Virus record (IMG/VR): IMGVR_UViG_3300048853_000022
Coordinates: 1-26,495 of that record
Source of the DNA: a virus
Taxonomy: Duplodnaviria > Caudoviricetes
Direction: 5' to 3' (one strand)
Length of the DNA stretch: 26,495 nucleotides
Numbering within the stretch: position 1 is the stretch's first letter; every line of letters begins with the position of its first letter. The notes below the pieces were generated by a model. It made no database searches and was not told where the DNA came from. It worked only from the letters and a program-made list of their open reading frames with translations. Shown here piece after piece: positions 7,510 through 16,224 of the stretch. Both the position numbers and the translations under genes were made by a program.

Positions 7510-8754
7510 ATGTCCAAAATTTCCGAACTGCGCGAAAAGCAGCAGAAACTCGTTGCTGACGCCCGCGCACTCCTAGCCGACATTAAGGATGACACCGCAG
7601 AAGTACGTGTCGCCGAACTCGAATCCCAGCATGACGCGGCCATGGCCGAATACGACCGCCTCGAAGCGCGGATCAAGCGCGAAGAGGCCCTGGAAGCGCG
7701 CGAGCGCGACTTGAACGCCGCGGACGACCGCCGCCCGACCGGTGAAGATCGCTCGGTTCAGGGCGGCCAGCAGGAAAGCGTAGACGAAGCTCGCGCTGCG
7801 GCCTTCCGGAGTTATCTCCGTCACGGTCTCGAAGATATGCCGGCTGAGCAGCGGAAGGTCGTTCGCGAGATGCGCGCCCAGGCAGTCGGCACCGATTCCA
7901 AGGGTGGTTATCTCGTCCCCGAAGGCTTCATGGCCGAACTGGTCAAGTCCCTTAAGGCATGGGGTCCGATGCTGGATCCGGGCGTTACGCGTGTGCTCAC
8001 GACCACGACTGGCAATTCGATCCCGTGGCCGACGATGGACGACACCTCCAATGAGGGCTCGCTCATCGGCGAAAACACGCAGGTCACCGAGACCGAGGTG
8101 ACGTTCGGCACGAAGACGCTTGAGGCGTACAAATACACGTCCGGTGTCGTGCTGGTCTCCGCCGAGCTTCTGCAGGACTCCGCGATCGACGTTGAAGGGA
8201 CCGTTCGTGCGGCAATGGCTGAACGCATCGGCCGTATCGGCAACCGCCATCTCACCGTCGGCGACGGCTCCGCGAAGCCGAACGGCATTGTCACGGCGGC
8301 TACCGCTGTGACTGGCGTTGCGGCTGCCGCTGCACTCACCTTCGACGACATGATCGAACTGTTTCACGCCGTCGATCCCGCCTACCGCGACGACCCGTCG
8401 GTTCGCTTCATGTTCAACGACGGCACTCTCAAGGCGCTGCGCAAAATCAAGGACACGGTAACGGGGAACTACATCTGGCAGCCGGCCGATGTGAGGACTG
8501 GCGCCCCGGCGACCATTCTTGACAAGCCATACAGCATCAACCAGGCGATGGCGGCGATTGGTGCCTCCAACAAGTCGGTCGCGTTCGGTGCGTTCAACCG
8601 CTACGTCGTTCGAATGGTTCGTGAGTTCGCGATCCGCCGTCTTGTCGAGCGGTATGCAGATTACGATCAGACCGGCTTTATCGGCTTCACCCGCCTCGAC
8701 GGCGAGCTGCTTGATGCCGGGGCGGTCAAAGTTCTCCAGCACGCTGCATCCTAA
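7510..8754 (+). CDS. Major capsid protein, HK97 fold with N-terminal delta/scaffold domain
   Basis: Coiled-coil N-terminus, GGYLVPE, SAELLQDS, GDGSAKPNGI, LRKIKD..GNYIWQP, GFIGFTRLDG. Confidence 0.97.
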   Translation: MSKISELREKQQKLVADARALLADIKDDTAEVRVAELESQHDAAMAEYDRLEARIKREEALEARERDLNAADDRRPTGEDRSVQGGQQESVDEARAAAFRSYLRHGLEDMPAEQRKVVREMRAQAVGTDSKGGYLVPEGFMAELVKSLKAWGPMLDPGVTRVLTTTTGNSIPWPTMDDTSNEGSLIGENTQVTETEVTFGTKTLEAYKYTSGVVLVSAELLQDSAIDVEGTVRAAMAERIGRIGNRHLTVGDGSAKPNGIVTAATAVTGVAAAAALTFDDMIELFHAVDPAYRDDPSVRFMFNDGTLKALRKIKDTVTGNYIWQPADVRTGAPATILDKPYSINQAMAAIGASNKSVAFGAFNRYVVRMVREFAIRRLVERYADYDQTGFIGFTRLDGELLDAGAVKVLQHAAS

Positions 8755-8761
8755 TAGGGAG

Positions 8762-8781
8762 CGGGAGGCTCCGGCCTCCCG
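8762..8781 (+). other. GC hairpin after the capsid stop (possible mRNA 3' stabiliser or pause site)
   Basis: CGGGAGGC-tccg-GCCTCCCG perfect 8-bp stem, no U-tract. Confidence 0.5.
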
Positions 8782-8789
8782 ACCACCTC

Positions 8790-9002
8790 ATGAACATACG
8801 AGTTACATCAAGCCTCGCCGGGAATGGCTTCACCTTTGGCTGGGGGCAGATCGTCGACGCCGACGTATTTGCTGCGAAGGTCGGTGCTGGATGGGAGCGC
8901 AAGTGCGAGCCCGTTGAGGAAGCCGCCGCTGCTGTACCCGCCGCAAGGGCAGCGGTCGTGCAGCCGGCACTCGAGACAGCCACTAAAAGGCGACGGAAAT
9001 GA
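8790..9002 (+). CDS. Small head-region hypothetical protein
   Basis: ORF between capsid and connector; its stop overlaps the next ATG. Confidence 0.7.
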   Translation: MNIRVTSSLAGNGFTFGWGQIVDADVFAAKVGAGWERKCEPVEEAAAAVPAARAAVVQPALETATKRRRK

Positions 9003-9571
9003 ATGAATGGACACGGCTGGTACGAACGGTTGCGCCGGCAGGACCGGCCGTGACACTCGCGGAGGCCAAACGCCATCTGCGCGTCTTCCACGACGATGAT
9101 GACGCGGATATCACGTCTATGATCGCCGCCGCGGAAGCATCGATCGAAGGTCCGAACGGCATTGGCATCGCGCTGCTTTCGCAGACCTGGCGGCTGTCGC
9201 TCGACCATTTTCCCTGCGAGATCGTCGTTCCGCTTGGTCCGGTGACCGGCGTCACGTCAGTCACGTACCGGGATGATGCTGGCGCCGAACAATCTGTGTC
9301 GGGTCTGCGATACGACTTGGACCAGCAACCGCTGCGGATTTGGCCGGCGCGAGACACCTCGTGGCCGACTATCACGTGCGAACCGGGAGCGGTGAAGGTC
9401 ACATTTGAATGCGGCCATCAAACGTTGCCGCAGGATCTCCGATGGGCGCTGCTGCTCCTTATCGGTCATTTTTACGAGAACCGCGAAGCAGTAACAGACG
9501 GCGGCTTGTCCGAGTTGCCGCTGGGCGTCTTATCAATTCTTGAACGCTACAGAGTCGGCCGGGTGGCCTGA
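8999..9571 (+). CDS. Head-tail connector protein (HK97 gp6/phiE125 gp8-like)
   Basis: VTLAEAKRHLRV...DD..ITSMIAAA; C-terminal ALLLLIGHFYENREAV. Confidence 0.93.
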   Translation: MNEWTRLVRTVAPAGPAVTLAEAKRHLRVFHDDDDADITSMIAAAEASIEGPNGIGIALLSQTWRLSLDHFPCEIVVPLGPVTGVTSVTYRDDAGAEQSVSGLRYDLDQQPLRIWPARDTSWPTITCEPGAVKVTFECGHQTLPQDLRWALLLLIGHFYENREAVTDGGLSELPLGVLSILERYRVGRVA

Positions 9572-9587
9572 CTGAAAAGGACATTCC

Positions 9588-9995
9588 ATGGCCGATTTGA
9601 GCATAAATTCCGCCCTCGTAGTTGGCGGTACGAATTCCACGCGTGACACGGGCACTGCCGGCGAGACGATTACCGCTGGCCAAGCTATTTTTCTGAGCTC
9701 CACCACGAACAAGTGGATGCTCTCGGACAACAACGGGACTGGGACGCGTACGGTCCACGGCCTCGCGCTGAACGGCGCCTCGCTAGACCAGCCGGTGTCA
9801 ATCCACAAGAGCGGCGACATTACCGTCGGAGCCCCGCTGGTCGCGGGCACCGATTACTGGCTCAGCGGAACCGCAGGCGGAATTTGCCCCCGCGCAGACC
9901 TTGTGGCCGGCATGGACGCGGTCCAGATCGGCATTGCGAAGAGCACGAGCGTTCTTGCGGTCGACATCCAAGACCCCGGCGTGACGCTCGCCTAA
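9588..9995 (+). CDS. Virion protein, possible capsid decoration/cement protein
   Basis: RBS AAGGA; Gly/Thr/Ala-rich beta-type sequence (TAGETITAGQAIF...YWLSGTAGGI); located in the head-completion cluster. Function is inferred. Confidence 0.55.
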   Translation: MADLSINSALVVGGTNSTRDTGTAGETITAGQAIFLSSTTNKWMLSDNNGTGTRTVHGLALNGASLDQPVSIHKSGDITVGAPLVAGTDYWLSGTAGGICPRADLVAGMDAVQIGIAKSTSVLAVDIQDPGVTLA

Positions 9996-10225
9996 TGGCT
10001 TGGGTGAGGTTCAGCGCCAACTTCAACTGGGTCCAGCCTGGCTTCACCATCGCCTACAAAGCCGGGATGGCGCTCAACGTCACCAGGGCTTGCGCCGACG
10101 AGGCCATCAGCAAGGGCGTCGCAGTGAAGATTGCGGCGCCTCCCAAGGAGGATATTGATGGCCAAGAAACCAAGCGCCGGCCGCATGCATCAAAGGCTGC
10201 ACTTTCAGAAACGATCGCTCGTTGA
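9995..10225 (+). CDS. Small phage hypothetical protein (MAWVRFSANFNW...)
   Basis: ATG overlaps the previous stop (TAATG); corresponds to the 3' part of track ORF 9713..10225. Confidence 0.7.
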   Translation: MAWVRFSANFNWVQPGFTIAYKAGMALNVTRACADEAISKGVAVKIAAPPKEDIDGQETKRRPHASKAALSETIAR

Positions 10226-10514
10226 CGATTCCTACGGCAATGAAATCTCGGGGCCGTTCGAAACAGTCTTCACCACGGCGGCCGAACTGATTCCGCTGCG
10301 AGGCGGTGAGCCCGTGCAGGCGGCAAGGCTGGTTGGCGTGCAGCCCTACACGGTTCGAATTCGCAGTTGCTTTGCTGCGCGCGAAGTGACCACCTCATGG
10401 CGCATCGTAGATGCCCGCAACGCGTCGCGCGTCATGAATATCAGGACCGTCACCAACCCGGATCAGAAGAACGCTTGGCTTGATCTGCTTGTTGACGACG
10501 GGGTGGCTACGTAA
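10158..10514 (+). CDS. Head closure / head-tail adaptor protein (SPP1 gp16-like)
   Basis: RBS AAGGAGG; AGRMHQRLHFQKR...D.YGN...AELIPLRGGE...YTVRIR. Confidence 0.88.
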   Translation: MAKKPSAGRMHQRLHFQKRSLVDDSYGNEISGPFETVFTTAAELIPLRGGEPVQAARLVGVQPYTVRIRSCFAAREVTTSWRIVDARNASRVMNIRTVTNPDQKNAWLDLLVDDGVAT

Positions 10515-10993
10515 TGGCGCTGAAAGCGAAGGTTCTGGGCCGTGAGGCCCTGACGCGCAGGTTGAACGAGTTGGCGCCCGCTGTCGAGAAATATGCTGCG
10601 GAGGCAAAGCTCGATATCGCGAAGGAAGCCGCATCGCGCATCGCCGCCAAGGCACCAGTCGGCGCTACCGGCGATTACGCAGCCAGCATTCAAGGCGCCC
10701 GTCTAGCCGACAACCCAGACAAGCGGCAGATCGGCGTGACACAGACGAAAGACAAGGACGCCGCCGGCATCTTTGCCAAGTTCATTTGGCGTTTTTTGGA
10801 GTTCGGGACCGCTCCACACAATGTCGCTCCGGGTGGCGGCAACATCAGCTTTAGCGGCGAAGCGCACATGCATCCCGGCACGGCAGCGCAGCCGCACGTA
10901 TTCCACACATGGCGGGCCTACCGCAGGGCAGCACGGCGAAAATTGCTGGCGGCGGTCAACAAAGGCGTGCGGGAAGCACAAGGGAAGCGCTGA
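10514..10993 (+). CDS. HK97 gp10-family tail completion protein
   Basis: APVGATGDYAASI, WRFLEFGT and HPGTAAQPH motifs. Confidence 0.9.
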   Translation: MALKAKVLGREALTRRLNELAPAVEKYAAEAKLDIAKEAASRIAAKAPVGATGDYAASIQGARLADNPDKRQIGVTQTKDKDAAGIFAKFIWRFLEFGTAPHNVAPGGGNISFSGEAHMHPGTAAQPHVFHTWRAYRRAARRKLLAAVNKGVREAQGKR

Positions 10994-11406
10994 TGGCCAG
11001 TCCAGAATTGGAATTGCAGGGCGCGATTGTTGCACGCTTGAAGGCTGATGCCGCAGTCATGGCGTTAGCCAACGGCGTTTATGACCAGCCACCAGACACG
11101 GCATTCGCCACCCCGAAGGAATCGTACGTCACGATCGGCGAAGCGCAGTTTCTGCGTGACGACGCCACGTGCGTGAATGGCGGCGAAGTCTACTTAACCA
11201 TGCACGCTTGGTCTCGCAAGGTCGGATTCCCGGTAGCCAAGCAGCTCGCCGACGCCGTCGCGGAAAGCCTGCACCTAGCGCCGCTCACACTTGCAACAAA
11301 TCGCCTTATCTCAATCATGCACCGTCAGACGCGGGTTTTCCGAGACCCAGATGGGCTGACCAGTCACGCTGTCATCGACTTCGTGGCCAACGTCGAGAAG
11401 CCCTAG
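10993..11406 (+). CDS. Tail terminator protein (DUF3168 family)
   Basis: ATG overlaps the prior stop; ELQGAIVARLKAD...VYDQPP...YVTIG...HAWSR...DPDGLTSHAV. Confidence 0.9.
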   Translation: MASPELELQGAIVARLKADAAVMALANGVYDQPPDTAFATPKESYVTIGEAQFLRDDATCVNGGEVYLTMHAWSRKVGFPVAKQLADAVAESLHLAPLTLATNRLISIMHRQTRVFRDPDGLTSHAVIDFVANVEKP

Positions 11407-11459
11407 CAGCAGAACCCGCAGCAGAAGGCGCTGCGGTAGGCAAAACTACACAACACCAT

Positions 11460-11481
11460 CCCGGCCATGTGCCGGGTTTTT
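11460..11481 (+). terminator. Terminator-shaped hairpin directly upstream of the tail tube RBS
   Basis: CCCGGC-catgt-GCCGGG followed by TTTTT; RBS AAGGA at 11488. Confidence 0.6.
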
Positions 11482-11501
11482 CATATGAAGGAACCTAGCA
11501 C

Positions 11502-11933
11502 ATGGCAAATGGACAGCAGCTCGGCCGCTCTCTTTTGATTAAGATCGGCGATGGCAACACGCCGGAAGTCTTCAGCAATCTCTGCGGCCTTAAGACGCGC
11601 AGTTTCAATATGTCGGCAAACGAAGTCGACACGACCATTCCCAGCTGCACAAATCCTGGCGGCCCGGTGCAGAAAACCAGCCGCCCCGGCATTTCAAACC
11701 GCACGTTCAGCGGCTCCGGCGCATTCGTCGCTGGCGCGGCCATGAGCGCGTTCATGGGCTACGTCCGCGGCTCTACGGCCTTCAACGCGCAGGTCATCGT
11801 TCCTGGCGACGGAACCTATGAGGGCTCTTGGATGGTCACAGACTTCGAATTCTCTGGCGACATCGAGCCGAACATGGAGTTCAGCGCCACCTTTGTCGCC
11901 GCCGACGAGCTGGCATTCACGGCTGAAGTGTAA
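11502..11933 (+). CDS. Major tail (tube) protein
   Basis: GRSLLIKIGDG...GLKTRSFNMSANEVDTT...SGSGAF, a TP901-1/GTA-like tube protein pattern. Confidence 0.92.
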   Translation: MANGQQLGRSLLIKIGDGNTPEVFSNLCGLKTRSFNMSANEVDTTIPSCTNPGGPVQKTSRPGISNRTFSGSGAFVAGAAMSAFMGYVRGSTAFNAQVIVPGDGTYEGSWMVTDFEFSGDIEPNMEFSATFVAADELAFTAEV

Positions 11934-11936
11934 TCC

Positions 11937-12290
11937 ATGTCTAAAGAGGAGAAAATCATGTCGGTAAACGGCGCCCGCGGCGAAGCTTCGCTCAAGATTG
12001 ACGACGTCGAGCTCGTCATTGCTGCAACGATGTCTGGCCTAGCCGCGGTATCCACGCGGCTGGAGTGCAAGTCGTTCCAAGAGCTATTCATGCGCCTCTC
12101 CGGTGTTGAAGCGGCTGCCGTTCTTGCCGGCATTGAACTTCTGACAATCAAGGGCGATCGTCTCGCCGCGATCCAGAAGCTCAAACTGAAGCACTTCAAG
12201 GATTGTGCCGCGGCATTCAACACCGCTCTTGCGCATCATTTCGATGGTGACGAGGGAAACGCCGAAGCCGTCGACGAGACGGCCAGCTAG
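11937..12290 (+). CDS. Tail assembly chaperone (lambda gpG equivalent, GTA gp10-like)
   Basis: VNGARGE N-terminal motif; follows the tail tube gene; ends just after a slippery site. Alternative start ATG 11958. Confidence 0.85.
   Translation: MSKEEKIMSVNGARGEASLKIDDVELVIAATMSGLAAVSTRLECKSFQELFMRLSGVEAAAVLAGIELLTIKGDRLAAIQKLKLKHFKDCAAAFNTALAHHFDGDEGNAEAVDETAS
12254..12260 (+). promoter_or_regulatory. Programmed -1 ribosomal frameshift site G GGA AAC
   Basis: X XXY YYZ heptamer in the chaperone frame; the -1 frame is open from here to TAG 12493. Confidence 0.85.
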
Positions 12291-12493
12291 AGCAGGGCGA
12301 GCCGTTCCCCTGGCGCGAGTGGATGCGAATAGCGCTCGGCGGTCTTGGCTGGCGTCCCGTTGATTTCTGGGACGCCACGCTGACCGAGTTCTTTGAGGCA
12401 ATCCACGGACGTAACGAAGCCAACGGCGTCGACGACGGCCCGAAGCCACCATCGAAGGGCGAGATGGATGCGCTGCTGGCAAAGTATGGTTAG
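12254..12493 (+). CDS. Tail assembly chaperone C-terminal extension (gpT equivalent); absent from the ORF track
   Basis: -1 frame reads ...EPFPWREWMRIALGGLGWRPVDFWDATLTEFFEAIHG...MDALLAKYG*, with the LGW.P..FW..T..E chaperone motif; internal ATG at 12323. Confidence 0.85.
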   Translation, partial: GKRRSRRRDGQLEQGEPFPWREWMRIALGGLGWRPVDFWDATLTEFFEAIHGRNEANGVDDGPKPPSKGEMDALLAKYG

Positions 12494-12975
12494 GGCGCCT
12501 GTGCAATCGGCGCCAGCTTTACGGCAGTTCCGCTAGCAGCCACGAAAAGAATGCCGGCGCCGCCCGTTGAGAGCTCATTGTAGTCGAGATCTACGGCGAT
12601 AACGGCATCAGCGCCAAGCGCTGACGCCTCTCGCCTGAGCTCGTCCAGGCAGGCTGTGCGCGCTTCCTTGAGCGACTTTTGAGCAGAGTTTGACCTGCCT
12701 CCTACGAAGTCGCGCCAGTTATTCGCAATGTCCCGAAACACATTCATTCCCAGCGCAGCCTCTGCCGCAACAATCGAGACCACGCGCTCGATTGTCCGAT
12801 TGGGAACGTCAATGGACGTCGTCAGGATGATGTTGTTGTTGGAGGTCGCGGTCGGTGAACGTGCCCCATTCGCTGTCGACTGCTGCTTACTCCCATAATT
12901 GAAGCACTCATCGCAGACGCCAAGTTGCACTTGGTGATCCGGCTTCGCCGCTCCGCACTCTTTGCAATATGCCAT
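12490..12975 (-). CDS. YbjQ/UPF0145-family protein with N-terminal Zn-ribbon (moron)
   Basis: MAYCKECG...VCDECF (two CxxC pairs), then ILTTS...GMNVFRDI....RDFVGGRS...L.EAR...LGADAVIAVDLDY...ASGTAVKL. The real start is ATG 12975, not 13608. Confidence 0.9.
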   Translation of the reverse strand: MAYCKECGAAKPDHQVQLGVCDECFNYGSKQQSTANGARSPTATSNNNIILTTSIDVPNRTIERVVSIVAAEAALGMNVFRDIANNWRDFVGGRSNSAQKSLKEARTACLDELRREASALGADAVIAVDLDYNELSTGGAGILFVAASGTAVKLAPIAQAP

Positions 12976-12990
12976 CCCATCCCCCAAGAA

Positions 12991-13017
12991 CCCGCGACCA
13001 TGCGGGCTTTCTATTTC
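12991..13017 (+). terminator. Short terminator-shaped hairpin upstream of the tape measure RBS
   Basis: CCCGC-gaccat-GCGGG followed by CTTTCTATTT; AGGA at 13019. Confidence 0.4.
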
Positions 13018-13032
13018 TAGGATATTCGCCTG

Positions 13033-16000
13033 ATGGTTGAAAAGACAGATGATCTTGTAATTTCCATCAGCACCGACGTTGCCACGGTCAAAAGGAGCCT
13101 GAAGCGGCTCGAGGCAGACATATCTTCGACCACAGGCAAGGTGGAGAAGCAGTTCAACGCTCTCGGCAACGGCATAGACAAGTCCATGTCGACGGCGTTG
13201 CAAAAGCGCATCGACGGCATGGTCGGGATCGGCACGCGCGGCGCCAAGGAGTGGAGCGGCGCTTTGGCCGACCAGGGCAAGGAGCTTGAGCGCCTTCGCG
13301 CTCGTTACTCGCCTCTGTTCGCTACGATTAACAACTACAAGTCGGCCGTTGCCGACATCAAGCGCGCGCATGCGGTAGGCGCCATCTCTGCAAACGAGAT
13401 GGCGGCGGCAATTCAGCGCGAGCGGCAGGCGGCTCTGGCGAGCACGGCTGCGATCAAAGGCAGGAATGCCGCTCTGGCGGCCTCGCCTGCAGGTGGCCGA
13501 GGAAGTATGGGTGCTGGCGCATTCAACACCTCGAACCTCGCCGCGCAAGGGTTTGATATTGCGACCACCGCGGCATTTATGCCGTGGCAGACGGTCGCTC
13601 TGCAGCAAGGGCCGCAGGTTGCGCAGGTTTTCAACGACATCAGGGCAAGTGGGCAGAAGATCGGCCCTGCTGTAGCTGGCGCCTTCTTACAGCTTGTTAA
13701 TCCGATTTCGCTGGTGACCATCGGCGTCATCGCTGCCGGCGCTGCGCTGATCCAATATATTTCGAGCTCGAAGGACGTCAAAAGCGCAGACGACGTCCTG
13801 AAGGGCCACGCTGAGACTATCTCTCTCCTCAAGGAGAGGTACGGAGAAGCCGCAAAAAGCCTTAGAGAATACGCGACTGAGAGCGCACAAGTCGCCAAGG
13901 CAGACACCGAAGATCGCCTAAGGAGGGCGCGTGAGCTTGTCGCCGAGCAAGCCAAGATCACGGCTTCCTTCGGCCCCGGCATACTGACTGAGAACGCCTC
14001 GATTCTGAAGGACATGAACCCGGATGTTGTCCGCAACCTGCGAGCCGCATTCGCTGATCTGAACACCTCCATCAAGCGAGGCGAGCCTGACATTTTGCGT
14101 TTCCGCGAGGCTCTTTCTCGGATCGCTAATGACGAAAGTGTGCCGGAGCCCATAAGGAAACTGGCGCAGGATTTTCGTCAATTCGACGAAGACACGCTGA
14201 AACTCGCGAAAAGCATTCCAGAGATGGTCAAGTCACTTGACCTGATTGAGGGTTCCGCGGATCGGCAGACGCAAGCCATTAACAAACTCTCTAACGCTCT
14301 TCGCGATCTCAATAAAATTGGTGTTGCTCCGCTCACCGACCTACAGGAGGCGGAGAGGCTTTGGCGAGACGCTCGCCGCGACGCCGCAAGCCGTGAAGAG
14401 CGTGACGATGCAGACACGGCGTACCGAGATGCTGTACGTCGGATTGGCAACGCAAACCCGACTGTCGTAAATCCTGACGGGCGCACAGTCTCGGTTCCAA
14501 TACCCGGCCAAAAGCCAATTCAACTTGGCGATGAGCCAGACAAGAAGGCCGAAACGGCCGCGCAACGTGCCGCGAACGCCTACCGCGATCTGATCAAGAG
14601 CGCCGACGACCGTATCGCGCAGTTGCAGCTTGAGACGGACCTAACCGGCCAATACGGCGTTCAGACCGACGCCGCGCGTTTCCGGCTTGAACTCCTGCAA
14701 CAGGCGGAAGACAAGGGCCGATCTCTCAGCGCCGAGCAGCGTGCTGAAATCGAGAAGAAGGTCGAGTTATACAGCAAGTACTCCAAGGCGCTTTCGGAAG
14801 CGAAGCTGCAGCAGGACTTGCTGGACGATTCTGCTTTCGCTGGCCTTTCGAAGCAGGAGCAGGCAGTTAAGTTGCGGCTTCGGTCCTACGGACTTGACGA
14901 GGATCTTGGTGGCAACAATGCTGCAATGATCCGCAACAGGTTCCAGCAGGAGGAACTGTCCGACTTAACGAAGTCGTTCCTCTCGGAATTCAGCAGCGGC
15001 ATTCTCACTGGCGGCAAAAGCATCGGAGAATCCTTCGCCGATGCGGTCAAGAATGCTGCAGCAAATGCTATGCAGAAGTCGCTGGACAGCCTCTTTGAGC
15101 AGATCGGCGGCGCTCTTGCGGCGGCTCTTCTCGGAGGCGGCGGCAAGAGCGGTGGCATCGCTGCGGTGGCATCTTCTGCCGCAACGACGTTTGCGGCTCC
15201 TGTTGGGGCCGTGACGCGGTCGGCGTTGCCGGCAGTTGGCGGATCTGGCGCTTCGCTTGCTTGGAACTTCTGGAAGTCCAAGGGCCTTGCCGACCACCAA
15301 GTCGCTGGCGTCCTTGGCAACATCAAGGCGGAGAGCGCATTCAATCCTGCGGCGATCGGCGATGGCGGTGCGGCTCGGGGTCTCTTTCAGTGGAACGACC
15401 GAAGCCCTGCCATGCTTGCCGCTGTGGGCAAGGATTGGCGCAATAACCCGCTCGCCCAGCATGAATTCGCCTACAGCGAGCTCATGGGGCCTGAGAGCCA
15501 GGCATGGAGGGCACTGACTTCGGCTAAGAACGCTCGCGAGGCAACTGCAGCATTCGCTGGCTTTGAGAGACCGTCAGGTTTTTCATGGAAGAATCCTGAA
15601 GGCGCACACAACTTTGCGGGCCGGCTTGATGGCGCTGAAGAGGCGCTGGCAAAGTTCGGGGGCACAACGGCTGAAGCAACAAATGGTCTCGGCGTATTAG
15701 GATCCACCCTCCAAAGCATTCCGCAGGCATTAATGGCAAACGGTGGCGGTGGCGGCATTTTAAGCAGCCTCACCAAGTACGGCATGGGGCTTTTCTCCGG
15801 TTCCGGTCAGTTTGCCTCCGCTTGGATGAAGGGTGGGCTTGGACTCTACGACAAGGGCGGGTTCACCGGTACGGGCGGCAAGTACACGCCTGCCGGTATC
15901 GTTCATAAGGGCGAATACGTGTTCGACGCTGCCGCGGTCAGCCGCATTGGCGTGCCTACGCTTGAACGCCTTCGCGGATACGCCAACGGTGGACTTGTGG

Positions 16001-16221
16001 GCGCACCACGCGCACCGCGCCTGAACGGCCGCGGCATGGCCGCAAACAACAACGCACAGCCTGGCATCCTGCAAGTCCAAATCAGCGGCGCCAGCGGCGA
16101 CGAGCATATTCGCACGCTGGTCAAGCAGGGTGTTGGCGAGGGGCTTAGTCAGTACAACGAGAACCAGCGCCGCGGCGGCTTCGGCACCATGCAGAGCAGA
16201 TACACTAGCCAGAAGGGTTGA
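13033..16221 (+). CDS. Tape measure protein with internal phage tail lysozyme domain
   Basis: 1062-aa Ala-rich helical protein; NLAAQGFDI...ALQQGPQV N-terminal TMP motif; VAGVLGNIKAESAFNP...GLFQW lysozyme motif; GGFTG.GGKY.PAGIVHKGEYV C-terminal motif. Confidence 0.95.
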   Translation: MVEKTDDLVISISTDVATVKRSLKRLEADISSTTGKVEKQFNALGNGIDKSMSTALQKRIDGMVGIGTRGAKEWSGALADQGKELERLRARYSPLFATINNYKSAVADIKRAHAVGAISANEMAAAIQRERQAALASTAAIKGRNAALAASPAGGRGSMGAGAFNTSNLAAQGFDIATTAAFMPWQTVALQQGPQVAQVFNDIRASGQKIGPAVAGAFLQLVNPISLVTIGVIAAGAALIQYISSSKDVKSADDVLKGHAETISLLKERYGEAAKSLREYATESAQVAKADTEDRLRRARELVAEQAKITASFGPGILTENASILKDMNPDVVRNLRAAFADLNTSIKRGEPDILRFREALSRIANDESVPEPIRKLAQDFRQFDEDTLKLAKSIPEMVKSLDLIEGSADRQTQAINKLSNALRDLNKIGVAPLTDLQEAERLWRDARRDAASREERDDADTAYRDAVRRIGNANPTVVNPDGRTVSVPIPGQKPIQLGDEPDKKAETAAQRAANAYRDLIKSADDRIAQLQLETDLTGQYGVQTDAARFRLELLQQAEDKGRSLSAEQRAEIEKKVELYSKYSKALSEAKLQQDLLDDSAFAGLSKQEQAVKLRLRSYGLDEDLGGNNAAMIRNRFQQEELSDLTKSFLSEFSSGILTGGKSIGESFADAVKNAAANAMQKSLDSLFEQIGGALAAALLGGGGKSGGIAAVASSAATTFAAPVGAVTRSALPAVGGSGASLAWNFWKSKGLADHQVAGVLGNIKAESAFNPAAIGDGGAARGLFQWNDRSPAMLAAVGKDWRNNPLAQHEFAYSELMGPESQAWRALTSAKNAREATAAFAGFERPSGFSWKNPEGAHNFAGRLDGAEEALAKFGGTTAEATNGLGVLGSTLQSIPQALMANGGGGGILSSLTKYGMGLFSGSGQFASAWMKGGLGLYDKGGFTGTGGKYTPAGIVHKGEYVFDAAAVSRIGVPTLERLRGYANGGLVGAPRAPRLNGRGMAANNNAQPGILQVQISGASGDEHIRTLVKQGVGEGLSQYNENQRRGGFGTMQSRYTSQKG

Positions 16222-16224
16222 TCG

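Noticed and set aside
7573-8742. 389-aa minus-strand ORF
   Set aside because: It is the antisense shadow of the capsid gene, expected from GC-rich codon bias, with no recognisable motifs.
12976-13608. N-terminal extension of the 372-aa minus-strand ORF
   Set aside because: It overlaps the tape measure gene antisense and is not protein-like; the recognisable protein starts at ATG 12975.
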